NCBI GenBank assembly: GCA_046313635.1
Contig: JBKBYA010000001.1
Location: forward strand, 96,001 to 160,000
DNA: 64,000 nt
Direction: 5' to 3'
Source: Pyrinomonadaceae bacterium
GTDB lineage: Bacteria > Acidobacteriota > Blastocatellia > Pyrinomonadales > Pyrinomonadaceae
Shown: positions 38,917 through 48,342 of the stretch, piece after piece
Position numbering within the stretch: the stretch's first letter is position 1
Layout of the letters: each line of letters begins with the position of its first letter
Translations under genes and position numbers: made by a program
Notes under the pieces: model-generated
The model's input: the letters and a program-made list of their open reading frames with translations, nothing else
Database searches by the model: none
What the model was told of the DNA's origin: nothing

Positions 38917-41034
38917 CTACTTGCTTGCAGTGGCCTGCCGCTCTTTCGGGTCGTATGGCGTAGCCTGGTATTTCTTTACGGCCTCCTGGGCGTTGTCGTA
39001 GTTGTCGCCGAGGGCCTGGGCACGGTTGTAGGCGGCAGTCGCGCGAGTACGGTCGCCCTTGGCGTCGTAGGCGTTGCCCATCTTGATCTCGCTCCAGACG
39101 TGCAGCCACGCGGGCCGTGCGACGCCCTGCGCGCCGAGGTCGCGGGCGGCCTTGAAGTTCTCGATCGCGAGATCGTAATTTCGCTGCTCGAGAAAGAGAA
39201 GTCCGAGATGGTAATAGACCCAGGCGTTCGAACGGTCGAGCTTGAGCGCGGCTTCGAACTGCTGCTGGGCATCGACGTAATTTCCTTCTTTGAACTGCTC
39301 GATGCCGCGCCGCGCGATCGACGAGACGCGAAGGTCGGGCGAGATGCGGAGCAGTTTGTACTCGGGATCGATGACGACCGCGAGCGGCTTGCCGGTCGAT
39401 TCGATATTAAAGTCGGCGCTCGCCTCGTCCATCTGGACCGTCACGGTCTTGAGTCCCTGCTCGCCCTCCGATCGCAGCTGCACGTCGACTGGCAGACGCA
39501 GATTGTCGTAGTTCTGCTTGACGGTGCCGCGGGTGACGAACTTGCCCGAGCGCGTGCGGATGATCTGATAGTCGGCCGTGAACTCGGGCACGCCGGTCGA
39601 CTCGACCCAGCGGGCAAAGAAGTATCGCATCGGCTGCCCCGCGATCTCGGACGCTAGTTTTTCAAAGTCGTCGATCGACGCATTCTTGCCGCGATATCGC
39701 TGCAGGAATGTGCGGAGCAGCTGGTCAAACTTCTGCTCGCCGAGCGTGTCGCGGAGCAGCTTGTAAACGAGCGCACCCTTGGCGTACATGATGTACTGGT
39801 ACGCGGTCGATGTGTCGTCGAGCGTCGACGGAGCACGCAGCAGCGAAGCGGTCTGCTCAAAGGTCAAAGACTTTTCGAGCAGCTCGCGCCGCAGAGCCTC
39901 AAGCTTGGCCCCGTCGAGCGCCTGCTCGCGCAGCGAGAAGGCGCTGTATTCCGCCAATCCCTGCGAGAGCCACGCGTCGTCAAACGATCTGAGCCCGACG
40001 GTCAGTCCCCACCATTGGAACGCCGCCTCGCGCTGCAGCCGCTCGAGCGTGATCTCGCGAGCCTCCTCGTAATGGCGGTTGGCGACGTAGAGCATCCCTC
40101 GCGCCGAATAGAAGTCGAGCGTGTCGTCGTCGGTCTGGATGACGATCAACTTTTTGCCGGCATCGGGCTCGCCCCAACGTTTGGTGTAGTATTCGAGAGC
40201 CTTGCCGAGGGTCTCGGCGAAGCGAGCTGTCTGACCCTCCATCCCCGGCTGCGTGTAAAATTCGAGGTTGTAGCCGCCGAAATTCAGATCCTTTTTGGCA
40301 AACCTGCCGTACGCAAAATTGCCGACGAGGCCCGGCTTCGCGATCGAAAAGCGGAATTTCCCGCCCGCATTGGTCACCGGCGTGTCGCTGAAACCCACGA
40401 CCTGAAAACCGCCCGGCACCGTCAGCGAAACATCGGCCGTCGCGAGATCTGCGGCGTAATCGTGAAACGGGAACCAACGCGCCGCGTACATAAGATACCC
40501 TCGCTGATCGCCGACGTATGCGAGACGCTTGGTGATGAGCGGGCCGCCGTTTGGCGAGTTGAGCACGCCGCTGTACTTGAAGCGCAGCGTGACGGGCGTT
40601 CCCTTCGCGACGTTCTCGCCGAGATCGACGCGGACGCTCGGACCGAGGTCCGACACGCCGGCCTGGTCCTGGACGAACGTGATCCCGCCGGCCGATTCCA
40701 TCGCGGGTGTCGGCGTCGGACGCGCAGGCGCTCGCCCGCGCGCGTCCGCCTGAGCAGGCGCGGCCGCCGCCGCCGAGACCGAGTCGATACGCGTGATCGT
40801 GTCGACCCTGAGCGATCCGTTGAGCTCGAATGTGACGGTCCGCGTGTCCTCGAGCGGCACGAACGTGACATCGGTCGTCGCCGCGAGCTTATTCTCGGTT
40901 GGCGACAGCACGGCGTCGATAACGTAGTTCGTCACGTCGAAGGGCGTCCTTTTGGCCTGCTGCGCGTGCGACGAGAGTGAGCCGACGGCGATCAGCATCG
41001 CGGCCAAAACGTGGAACTTGAACTGGTTCTTCAT
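38917..41034 (-). CDS. M1 aminopeptidase-like protein with TPRs; zinc motif degenerate
   Basis: Signal peptide; REAAFQWWG...WLSQGLAEY, YAKGA; TPR C-terminus. Confidence 0.8.
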   Translation of the reverse strand: MKNQFKFHVLAAMLIAVGSLSSHAQQAKRTPFDVTNYVIDAVLSPTENKLAATTDVTFVPLEDTRTVTFELNGSLRVDTITRIDSVSAAAAAPAQADARGRAPARPTPTPAMESAGGITFVQDQAGVSDLGPSVRVDLGENVAKGTPVTLRFKYSGVLNSPNGGPLITKRLAYVGDQRGYLMYAARWFPFHDYAADLATADVSLTVPGGFQVVGFSDTPVTNAGGKFRFSIAKPGLVGNFAYGRFAKKDLNFGGYNLEFYTQPGMEGQTARFAETLGKALEYYTKRWGEPDAGKKLIVIQTDDDTLDFYSARGMLYVANRHYEEAREITLERLQREAAFQWWGLTVGLRSFDDAWLSQGLAEYSAFSLREQALDGAKLEALRRELLEKSLTFEQTASLLRAPSTLDDTSTAYQYIMYAKGALVYKLLRDTLGEQKFDQLLRTFLQRYRGKNASIDDFEKLASEIAGQPMRYFFARWVESTGVPEFTADYQIIRTRSGKFVTRGTVKQNYDNLRLPVDVQLRSEGEQGLKTVTVQMDEASADFNIESTGKPLAVVIDPEYKLLRISPDLRVSSIARRGIEQFKEGNYVDAQQQFEAALKLDRSNAWVYYHLGLLFLEQRNYDLAIENFKAARDLGAQGVARPAWLHVWSEIKMGNAYDAKGDRTRATAAYNRAQALGDNYDNAQEAVKKYQATPYDPKERQATASK

Positions 41035-41106
41035 TCTGAATTCTCGACCAAACCGGTCTGAAAGAGTGTGCGTCGGTAAGATGTACGGCCCCGGCGAATC
41101 GTTCGC

Positions 41107-42315
41107 TTAGCGGACGTAAATCGGATTTGAGATTATCCAAGGCATTTTGTCGAAGGGCGGGCCGAGATCGTCGCGGTATACCTCGACACGAAATGTTCCC
41201 GCTTCGGAGATCTCGACGCTCACCTGGTCTTTGGCGGATTCCTCAAAAAATCTGTTCCCGTCTTTGAAGATCACAAATCGCGCGTTCAGCGGAGCCGATG
41301 CTCGCAGGCCCAGGCCCGGCCGCCATTCGACGTCGCCGCCCATTCCCTGCAGCCAATTATCATTTTCGGTCGCCTCGAACGTAAACCCGCTCGTGTCGCC
41401 GAGACTATCGAAACCGATGAACGCCTGGCCGAAGAGCAACGCGCGAAGCAGATTCTCGCGGTTGAATTCCTGCCCTTTGAAGAGCAAGACGTGCATACGG
41501 ACGATGCCGAATGTCGTCGCGTACGGGTCGAGTTTGATTTTGATCAGCTTGTTGCCCGCATCGTCGCCCAAGAGGTGAAAGCCGATATTCGAATGCGCGT
41601 CGGTGCCGGCAAAGAGCGAGAGCTTTCGCTGGGCGGCGGTCTCGTCGAACTTTTGCAGATTCGCGTCCGGCCGGCGGAAGTACGACATCAGCGTGAGCTG
41701 AGGATAGCTCGGGTATGACCACAGGAGATCGCCGGCGGCGAGGAGCGGATTTACCCTTTTGGTCTCGGTGTGATTGCTGAAGACCTCGATACCGTCGAAG
41801 TCGGAACTCCACGATTTAAACCGCTCAGGATAGGTGATCAGTGCTACGCGGTTCTCGGCGTGCAGCTTTTGCAGCACCTGATCGGTCGGCAAGTTTCGCA
41901 GGCTCGCCGCCTCGGCGCTGCCGGGGATCATCAAAAATCGGTCGCCGTTCGCCGTGTCGATCTCGTTGCCGCCGACAAAGAGCGTCTTGCCGTAAACGCC
42001 GTTTAGCGTCAGCGCCGACGTGTCGTACTTGTCCGAGTAGTGCTCGGTCATCAGCACGAAATCGAGATCGTTCTGATTCGCCGCGTCGATCAGCTCGTCA
42101 AAGCCGCCCGTGCTGTGCCCGCCGAGCGAAGTGTGCGCGTGGATGATGCCCTTGTATTCGTTGTATTGCGGATGCTCGCGCCGGAGTCGCTGCGACTCGA
42201 GTTGGGTGACCTTTTGCGCGAGCCGGCCGGTCTGGTAGCGGCGATAAACGAACGGCACCTGCGCCAAGAGCAGAATGGCCAGCAGGACGAGCAGGATCTT
42301 GTACCTTCGCTTCAT
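41107..42315 (-). CDS. PHP-domain metallohydrolase, membrane-anchored
   Basis: HAHT, MTEH, GTDAH, C-terminal ISNPIYV. Confidence 0.8.
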   Translation of the reverse strand: MKRRYKILLVLLAILLLAQVPFVYRRYQTGRLAQKVTQLESQRLRREHPQYNEYKGIIHAHTSLGGHSTGGFDELIDAANQNDLDFVLMTEHYSDKYDTSALTLNGVYGKTLFVGGNEIDTANGDRFLMIPGSAEAASLRNLPTDQVLQKLHAENRVALITYPERFKSWSSDFDGIEVFSNHTETKRVNPLLAAGDLLWSYPSYPQLTLMSYFRRPDANLQKFDETAAQRKLSLFAGTDAHSNIGFHLLGDDAGNKLIKIKLDPYATTFGIVRMHVLLFKGQEFNRENLLRALLFGQAFIGFDSLGDTSGFTFEATENDNWLQGMGGDVEWRPGLGLRASAPLNARFVIFKDGNRFFEESAKDQVSVEISEAGTFRVEVYRDDLGPPFDKMPWIISNPIYVR

Positions 42316-42327
42316 CGCGAGTCCGAA

Positions 42328-42624
42328 TCAGAGTTGATCGACAAAATCTACCGAGACGACGTGGGCCGCGATCTCTTTGCCCATCGCCGCGACTTGCTGG
42401 TGAGTGGGATGCACGGTATAGGCGTTCAATGCGTCGGCATCGGCGAATGTCGCGACGAGGCCCGTGTCGTACGATCGCTCAAGGTGCAGCATATCCGCGC
42501 CGACCTTAAGATCGATCACCTCGGGAATGACCGCCTTGAGCGCACCGAGCCGCTCGCGGTGATCGCGGCGCACTTCGTCAGAAATTTCCTCTTTGTACTT
42601 CCAGCAAACGATATGAGTGAGCAT
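42328..42624 (-). CDS. Dabb (stress-responsive alpha/beta barrel) protein
   Basis: MLTHIVCW, YTVHPTHQ, VDF. Confidence 0.88.
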   Translation of the reverse strand: MLTHIVCWKYKEEISDEVRRDHRERLGALKAVIPEVIDLKVGADMLHLERSYDTGLVATFADADALNAYTVHPTHQQVAAMGKEIAAHVVSVDFVDQL

Positions 42625-42628
42625 CGGT

Positions 42629-42812
42629 AATTCCAAATTCCAGATTCCAGATTCCAAATATAGCCGCCGCACTGCGTAATCCGTAATCGAGATTCCCGAA
42701 TCTGCATCTCAAATTTGGAATCTGGAATCTGGAATCTGGAATCTGGAATCTGGAATCTGGAATCTGGAATCTGGAATTTGGAATTTGGAATCTGGAATTT
42801 GGAATCTGGAAT
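42629..42812. repeat. Inverted heptamer-repeat element
   Basis: (ATTCCAG)n 42629-42660; (CTGGAAT) about 14 copies 42713-42812. Confidence 0.92.
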
Positions 42813-43259
42813 CTACCCCTCGCACCATCGCTTCGTCACCTCGTGTCTGTACGCGAACATCTTCTCGAGCCGCGGCAGCACGGCCATTGGCGCGGCTATT
42901 GAGCCCAGAAGACCCGCGGGCGGCTCGTATTCGATCTCGTCTCTCAAGATCGCGCCGTCCTCGTGCGGCAAGACGATGTGGCGGTGCCTCCATTTCTTAA
43001 ACGGCCCCGAGACCTGCGTGTCCTCAAACATCCGCGGCGGGTCGTACGCCGTATGCTCGGCGACCCAGCGCACTTTAATCGGCCCGAGGATGCGGCTCTC
43101 GATGATCGTGCGCGAGCCGAGCTGCGAGATGTCGGCCTTTTGAATGATCTTCACCTTTTCCCACGGCGGCACAAGCCGCTCGAACGCGTCGGGCAGCTCG
43201 TGAAACGCAAAGACCTTCTCAGGCGTGCAGCGAATGACGCTCTCTTTGACGAAGTTCAT
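42813..43259 (-). CDS. SRPBCC family protein
   Basis: VFAFH, LVPPW, F.D.QVSGPF..W.H.H. Confidence 0.85.
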   Translation of the reverse strand: MNFVKESVIRCTPEKVFAFHELPDAFERLVPPWEKVKIIQKADISQLGSRTIIESRILGPIKVRWVAEHTAYDPPRMFEDTQVSGPFKKWRHRHIVLPHEDGAILRDEIEYEPPAGLLGSIAAPMAVLPRLEKMFAYRHEVTKRWCEG

Positions 43260-44704
43260 CCGCGCACCTTCTCTAGATGCTCGGCGAGCAGTTCCCAGAC
43301 CTTTACGAGATGCCGCTCTTCGACGCGGATGCTGCCGACCGAGAGACGTAGCGTGAATTTGCCGTTGAGCTTTGTGTGCGAGAGGTAGGCCTCGCCGGAT
43401 GCGTTGATCCAATTCATCAGATGCTCGTTAAGTGCGTCGAGATCGTCGACACCCTTCGGCGCCGCGCGAAAGCAGACGAGGGCGAAAGGCACGGGTGCCA
43501 TCATTTCAAAATTCTCCGACTCCTCGACCCACGACGCGAAAAGCCTCGCGAGACGGCAATGCTCGGCGATTCGCGCCGCGAGGCCTTCGCGGCCAAAGTA
43601 GCGGATGACGAACCAAAGCTTCAGCGCGCGAAAGCGGCGACCCAATTGGATGCCGTAGTCCATGCCGTTCTTTACGGCGGTGGCTTCGCCGGTCTTGAGA
43701 TATTCAGGCACAAGCGAAAATGCCTGTTTGAGCGTGGGCATATCGCGGCAGTAGAGCACCGAGAGATCGAAGGGCGTAAAGAGCCACTTGTGCGGATTGA
43801 CGACGATCGAGTCCGCACGCTCCCAGCCCTTGAATAGCGGCCTAAACTCGTCGAGCATCGCCGCCGGCCCTGCATACGCGGCGTCGACGTGCAGCCAGAG
43901 ACCGTACCTTTCGCAGATGTCGGCGACCGCGTCGACCGGGTCGACGCTCGACGTCGACGTCGTGCCGACGGTCGGGATCACGCAGATCGGAACGAAGCCG
44001 GCTTCGAGGTCTTCCTCGATCGCGTCGACGAGCTTCTGGGCGATCATCTCAAAGCGCTCGTTGGTCTCGATCTTTCGCAGGCTCTTGGTGCCGAGACCGA
44101 GCGTGATAACCGATTTGTCGATCGACGAGTGGACGTGCTCGCTAGCGTAAACGCGAAGCAGCGGCAGGTCGTCGCGGCCGCTCATCCCGCGGTTCCGGAT
44201 GTCGAGATCGACCCGCTCGCGCGCGGCGGCGATCGCGTGCATCGTCGAGACCGACGCCGTGTCGTAGATGATCCCGTCGAATAGCTCCGGAAGGCCGAGC
44301 ATCTGCCGCAGCCAGTCGAGAGTCACGTCCTCGAGCTCCGTCGAGGCGGGCGAGGTGCGCCACAACATCGCCTTCATATCAAAGGCCGCCGCGAGCATCT
44401 CGCCAAAGATGCCGACCGACGACGCGGAGGTCGAAAACAGTCCGTGAAAATTCGGATGGTTCCAATGCGTCACCGCCGGCAGGATCAGGCGGTCGACGTC
44501 CGCGATGACCTCGGCAAAATCCTCGCCTTGCTCGGGCGGCGATGCGGGCAAACTTTCTTTGAGCCAGCCGGGCTCGACCTGCGAGAGAACGGGGAGTTTG
44601 TCGATATGCTCGAAGTAGTTTGCGATCCAGTCGACGAGCTCGTGACCATAGCGGCGAAACTCATCCGGCGGCATATCGCCGAGCCTCTGCTTTTCATTCG
44701 TCAT
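43256..44704 (-). CDS. PLP-dependent group II (aromatic amino acid-type) decarboxylase
   Basis: THWNHPNF, SPASTELE, HSSIDK, HVDAAYAG, NPHKW. Confidence 0.92.
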   Translation of the reverse strand: MTNEKQRLGDMPPDEFRRYGHELVDWIANYFEHIDKLPVLSQVEPGWLKESLPASPPEQGEDFAEVIADVDRLILPAVTHWNHPNFHGLFSTSASSVGIFGEMLAAAFDMKAMLWRTSPASTELEDVTLDWLRQMLGLPELFDGIIYDTASVSTMHAIAAARERVDLDIRNRGMSGRDDLPLLRVYASEHVHSSIDKSVITLGLGTKSLRKIETNERFEMIAQKLVDAIEEDLEAGFVPICVIPTVGTTSTSSVDPVDAVADICERYGLWLHVDAAYAGPAAMLDEFRPLFKGWERADSIVVNPHKWLFTPFDLSVLYCRDMPTLKQAFSLVPEYLKTGEATAVKNGMDYGIQLGRRFRALKLWFVIRYFGREGLAARIAEHCRLARLFASWVEESENFEMMAPVPFALVCFRAAPKGVDDLDALNEHLMNWINASGEAYLSHTKLNGKFTLRLSVGSIRVEERHLVKVWELLAEHLEKVRG

Positions 44705-44888
44705 AAAAAACCAAAAAGGCGGCATCCACGCTCGGCCGCACGTCAAATACACTCGACAGGTTTTGTAATAAAAGTATAATAACAGCTACTATTGACTCGC
44801 CAACCACTAATAAAAAAAGCGTTACTGACAATTTGATTCTCCCCGGATTCAGCGGTCACGCAGATTTGTGTTTTAGAAGACTAAAACT

Positions 44889-46403
44889 ATGGCGACAGAA
44901 GTTGCCGGCGTAGAGGAAACAAAAGAAGGATTCATCCGCGGGCTGGGTCTGCTCGACTCGACGATGATCGTCGCGGGCTCGATGATCGGCTCGGGAATTT
45001 TTATCGTCTCGGCCGACATCGCGCGGCAGGTCGGCTCGCCCGGCTGGCTGCTCGTCGTCTGGATGATCACTGGTCTGCTGACGGTCGGCGCCGCGCTCTC
45101 GTACGGCGAGCTCGCGGCGATGATGCCGAAGGCAGGCGGGATGTACGTTTATCTTAAAGAAGCGTACGGCTCGCTCTGGGGATTCCTGTACGGGTGGACG
45201 CACTTTTTGGTCATCGGCACCGCGACGATCGCCGCGGTGGCCGTCGCCTTCGCGCGGTTTACCGGCATCCTCTTTCCGCAGATCTCCGAGTCGAGCTACA
45301 TCATCGAGCCGGTCCGCTTCGGATCGTCGAGCTACGCATTCTCGCTCTCGACGGCCCAGCTGCTCGGCGTCGTGATGATCGTGCTGCTGACGGCGATAAA
45401 CACCCGCGGACTTGATCTCGGCAAGTTCATCCAGAACGTCTTCACCTTTGCCAAAACGGGCTCGCTGATCGCGCTCATCCTTTTGGGGATCGTCGTCGGG
45501 CTCGTCTCGTACCCGGAGATCGCGGCGGCGAATTTCGGCGATCTCTGGACGCCTCGCGGCGCGCTCCAGCCGGTCGGCGACGGTTTGACGGCGGCGAGCG
45601 CGTTCGGTCTTTTTGTCGCCATCTGCGTCGCTCAGACAAACTCGCTCTTCTCGGCCGATGCGTGGCACAACGTCACTTTCACGGCCGGCGAGGTAAAGGA
45701 CCCGAAGCGTAACCTGCCGCTCTCGCTGCTGCTCGGCACCGGCGGGGTCATAGTCCTATACCTGCTTGCGAATGTAGCGTATCTTGCAACGCTGCCTTTC
45801 GAGGAGATGCAGCGAGTCGCGAGCGACCGCGTCGGCTCGGCAACGGCCGAAGTGATCTTTCCGGGCGTCGGGGCGACGCTGATGGCCGTGGCGATCATGG
45901 TCTCGACATTCGGCTGCAACAACGGTCTGATATTCGCCGGGCCGCGTGCATATTATGCGATGGCGCGCGACGGGCTCTTCTTTCAAAAGGCCGGTCTGCT
46001 GAACAAGTTTCACGTACCGGCGTGGGCGCTCGTCATCCAGGGCGTGCTTGCCGCGCTCTACGTCCTGCCGCGAACGGTGCGCGCCGACGGCAGCTTCGGC
46101 AGTCTTTACAACGACCTGCTCACATACGTCATCTCGGCCGCGCTGATCTTTTACATTCTGGCGATCGCGGCCGTCTTTGTGCTCCGCGTGAAACAACCCG
46201 ACGCCGAGCGGCCGTATAAGGCCGTCGGGTATCCGATCATTCCCGCACTCTACGTCGTCGGTGCCGCGGTCATCCTCGTCGTGCTTTTTGTGTATCAGAC
46301 CACCGCGACGTGGCCGGGCCTTTTGATCGTTCTCACGGGTGTGCCGGTCTATTTCATTTGGAAACGCTCGGCTGAAGCTTCGGGCCGCGCGGACGAAGCC
46401 TGA
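44889..46403 (+). CDS. APC-family amino acid permease
   Basis: GSMIGSGIF, YGELAAMMPKAGG; multi-TM. Confidence 0.92.
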   Translation: MATEVAGVEETKEGFIRGLGLLDSTMIVAGSMIGSGIFIVSADIARQVGSPGWLLVVWMITGLLTVGAALSYGELAAMMPKAGGMYVYLKEAYGSLWGFLYGWTHFLVIGTATIAAVAVAFARFTGILFPQISESSYIIEPVRFGSSSYAFSLSTAQLLGVVMIVLLTAINTRGLDLGKFIQNVFTFAKTGSLIALILLGIVVGLVSYPEIAAANFGDLWTPRGALQPVGDGLTAASAFGLFVAICVAQTNSLFSADAWHNVTFTAGEVKDPKRNLPLSLLLGTGGVIVLYLLANVAYLATLPFEEMQRVASDRVGSATAEVIFPGVGATLMAVAIMVSTFGCNNGLIFAGPRAYYAMARDGLFFQKAGLLNKFHVPAWALVIQGVLAALYVLPRTVRADGSFGSLYNDLLTYVISAALIFYILAIAAVFVLRVKQPDAERPYKAVGYPIIPALYVVGAAVILVVLFVYQTTATWPGLLIVLTGVPVYFIWKRSAEASGRADEA

Positions 46404-46433
46404 CGCTTCAGATATTTAATTTCGGAGGTTTAA

Positions 46434-48284
46434 ATGTCACTTTTCGCGACCAAACCAATTTCAAGGATCATCGCCGAGGCCGAGGAGACCGGTGAGCATA
46501 CCTTAAAGAAAGCGCTGAGCTCGCTCGACCTGACCATGCTCGGCGTGGGTGCCATCATCGGGACTGGAATCTTCGTCCTCACGGGCCAGGCCGCCGGCAA
46601 GCACGCGGGCCCGGCCGTTGTCCTCTCAATGGTGCTGGCGGGCATCGTCAGTCTCTTTGCGGCGCTGTGCTATTCGGAATTTGCGGCGTCGGTGCCGATC
46701 TCGGGCTCGGCGTACGCCTACGGCTACGGCACGCTCGGCGAGTTCATCGCCTGGATCATCGGCTGGGACCTGATCCTCGAATACGCCTTCGGCGCCGCGA
46801 CGGTCGCCGTCGGTTGGTCGGGCTACGTGGTGAGCCTCCTGCGCGATACGCTGGGCATCGCATATCCGCTCGCGCTCAGCGCTCCGCCTGGACAGGAGAT
46901 AAAAGATGCGACCGGCGCCGTGATAGGGCACGGCGTATTCAACCTGCCGGCCGCGCTCATCGCGGTCGCGGTGACGCTACTTCTGATCCGCGGCATCAAG
47001 GAGTCGGCGAGCTTCAACTCCGTTATCGTCGTCATCAAGACGCTGGTCGTCGTGCTCTTTATCATCGCCGGTATCGGTTACGTCAGCCCGAGCAATCTCG
47101 GCATCGGCTGCACGGCGGGCGTCGCCGGATGTCCGGAGTTCATGCCGTTCGGGTTCAAGGGCGTGATCACCGGCGCGGCCGTCATCTTTTTTGCGTACAT
47201 CGGATTTGACGCCGTTTCGACCGCCGCTCAGGAAGCCAAGAATCCGCAGCGTGACATGCCTCGCGGCATCATCGGAAGCTTGGCGATCTGTACCGTTCTC
47301 TACATTCTCGTCGCCGGCATCATGGTCGGGCTCGTCGATTATAAGGCCCTGACCAACGCCGCCGCTCCGATCGCGGTCGCGATCGACGCCGCCCTGCAAA
47401 AGGCCGAGGGCACGACGATGGGCACGATCCTCGCCGTCTTTCCGACCATCATCAAGGTCGGCGCGGTGCTCGGCTTGAGCTCGACGATGGTCGTGATGGT
47501 GATGGGCCAGCCGCGAGTCTTTTACTCGATGTCAAAGGACGGCCTGCTGCCTGAATGGGCGGCCAAGATCCATCCCAAATTCCAGACGCCGCACATCACG
47601 ACCGCGATCACCGGCACCATCGTCGCGATCCTCGCCGGATTTGTCCCGATCAGCCTGCTCGGCGAGCTTGTCAGTATCGGAACGCTCTTCGCGTTTGTCA
47701 TCGTCGGCACGGGCATCATCATCCTGCGATCGTCGAATCCCGCGCTCCATCGTCCCTTCAAGGTCCCCTTCTCGCCGGTCGTGCCGATACTTACGGTGTT
47801 GTCGTCGGCATATTTGATGAATGGCCTGCCCATTGATACGTGGATCCGTCTGATCGACTGGATGTCGATCGGACTCGTCGTTTACTTTGCCTACAGCTAC
47901 GTCAACAGCAACCTCGGCAAGGCGGAGAACGCGGGCGCTAATGTCGAGAGCGCGGCTCCATACAAGCCGCCGGTCGCCGCCATCATAGGAGCGGGCCTTG
48001 TCATCCCGCTGACGATCTTCCAGATCTGGTACTTTATGCCGGACGACATGCGGGCGAATCAGACCGCGCAGATGCTCGAATATGCGATCCGACTCTTTGC
48101 GTGGGTCGTCACGTGCGCTCTCGTCTTTGTGCTGATGTACGGCCGCAAGGTCGAGGGCAAAGGTCGGAGCGCAAAGGTGCGCACGACCGGACTTGTGCTC
48201 TCGCTGATCAATCTCTTGGCGTGGGCGCTGATCACGTACTGGTTCTTTGCCCACTACGCAGAGTTCCACCACAGCGGAGCGTGA
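46434..48284 (+). CDS. APC-family amino acid permease with C-terminal extension
   Basis: GAIIGTGIF, FFAYIGFD, EAKNPQRD. Confidence 0.92.
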   Translation: MSLFATKPISRIIAEAEETGEHTLKKALSSLDLTMLGVGAIIGTGIFVLTGQAAGKHAGPAVVLSMVLAGIVSLFAALCYSEFAASVPISGSAYAYGYGTLGEFIAWIIGWDLILEYAFGAATVAVGWSGYVVSLLRDTLGIAYPLALSAPPGQEIKDATGAVIGHGVFNLPAALIAVAVTLLLIRGIKESASFNSVIVVIKTLVVVLFIIAGIGYVSPSNLGIGCTAGVAGCPEFMPFGFKGVITGAAVIFFAYIGFDAVSTAAQEAKNPQRDMPRGIIGSLAICTVLYILVAGIMVGLVDYKALTNAAAPIAVAIDAALQKAEGTTMGTILAVFPTIIKVGAVLGLSSTMVVMVMGQPRVFYSMSKDGLLPEWAAKIHPKFQTPHITTAITGTIVAILAGFVPISLLGELVSIGTLFAFVIVGTGIIILRSSNPALHRPFKVPFSPVVPILTVLSSAYLMNGLPIDTWIRLIDWMSIGLVVYFAYSYVNSNLGKAENAGANVESAAPYKPPVAAIIGAGLVIPLTIFQIWYFMPDDMRANQTAQMLEYAIRLFAWVVTCALVFVLMYGRKVEGKGRSAKVRTTGLVLSLINLLAWALITYWFFAHYAEFHHSGA

Positions 48285-48308
48285 TGGGCCGACCGGTCTA
48301 GACAAATA

Positions 48309-48338
48309 GAAAGGGCGGGCTTTGGTCCGCCCTTTTTT
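48309..48338 (+). terminator. Intrinsic terminator
   Basis: AAAGGGCGGGC-TTTG-GTCCGCCC plus T tract. Confidence 0.7.
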
Positions 48339-48342
48339 CGGG

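Noticed and set aside
42709..43143. ORFs with ESGIWNL / FQIPDSR repeats
   Set aside because: Translation of heptamer repeats and antisense to a real gene
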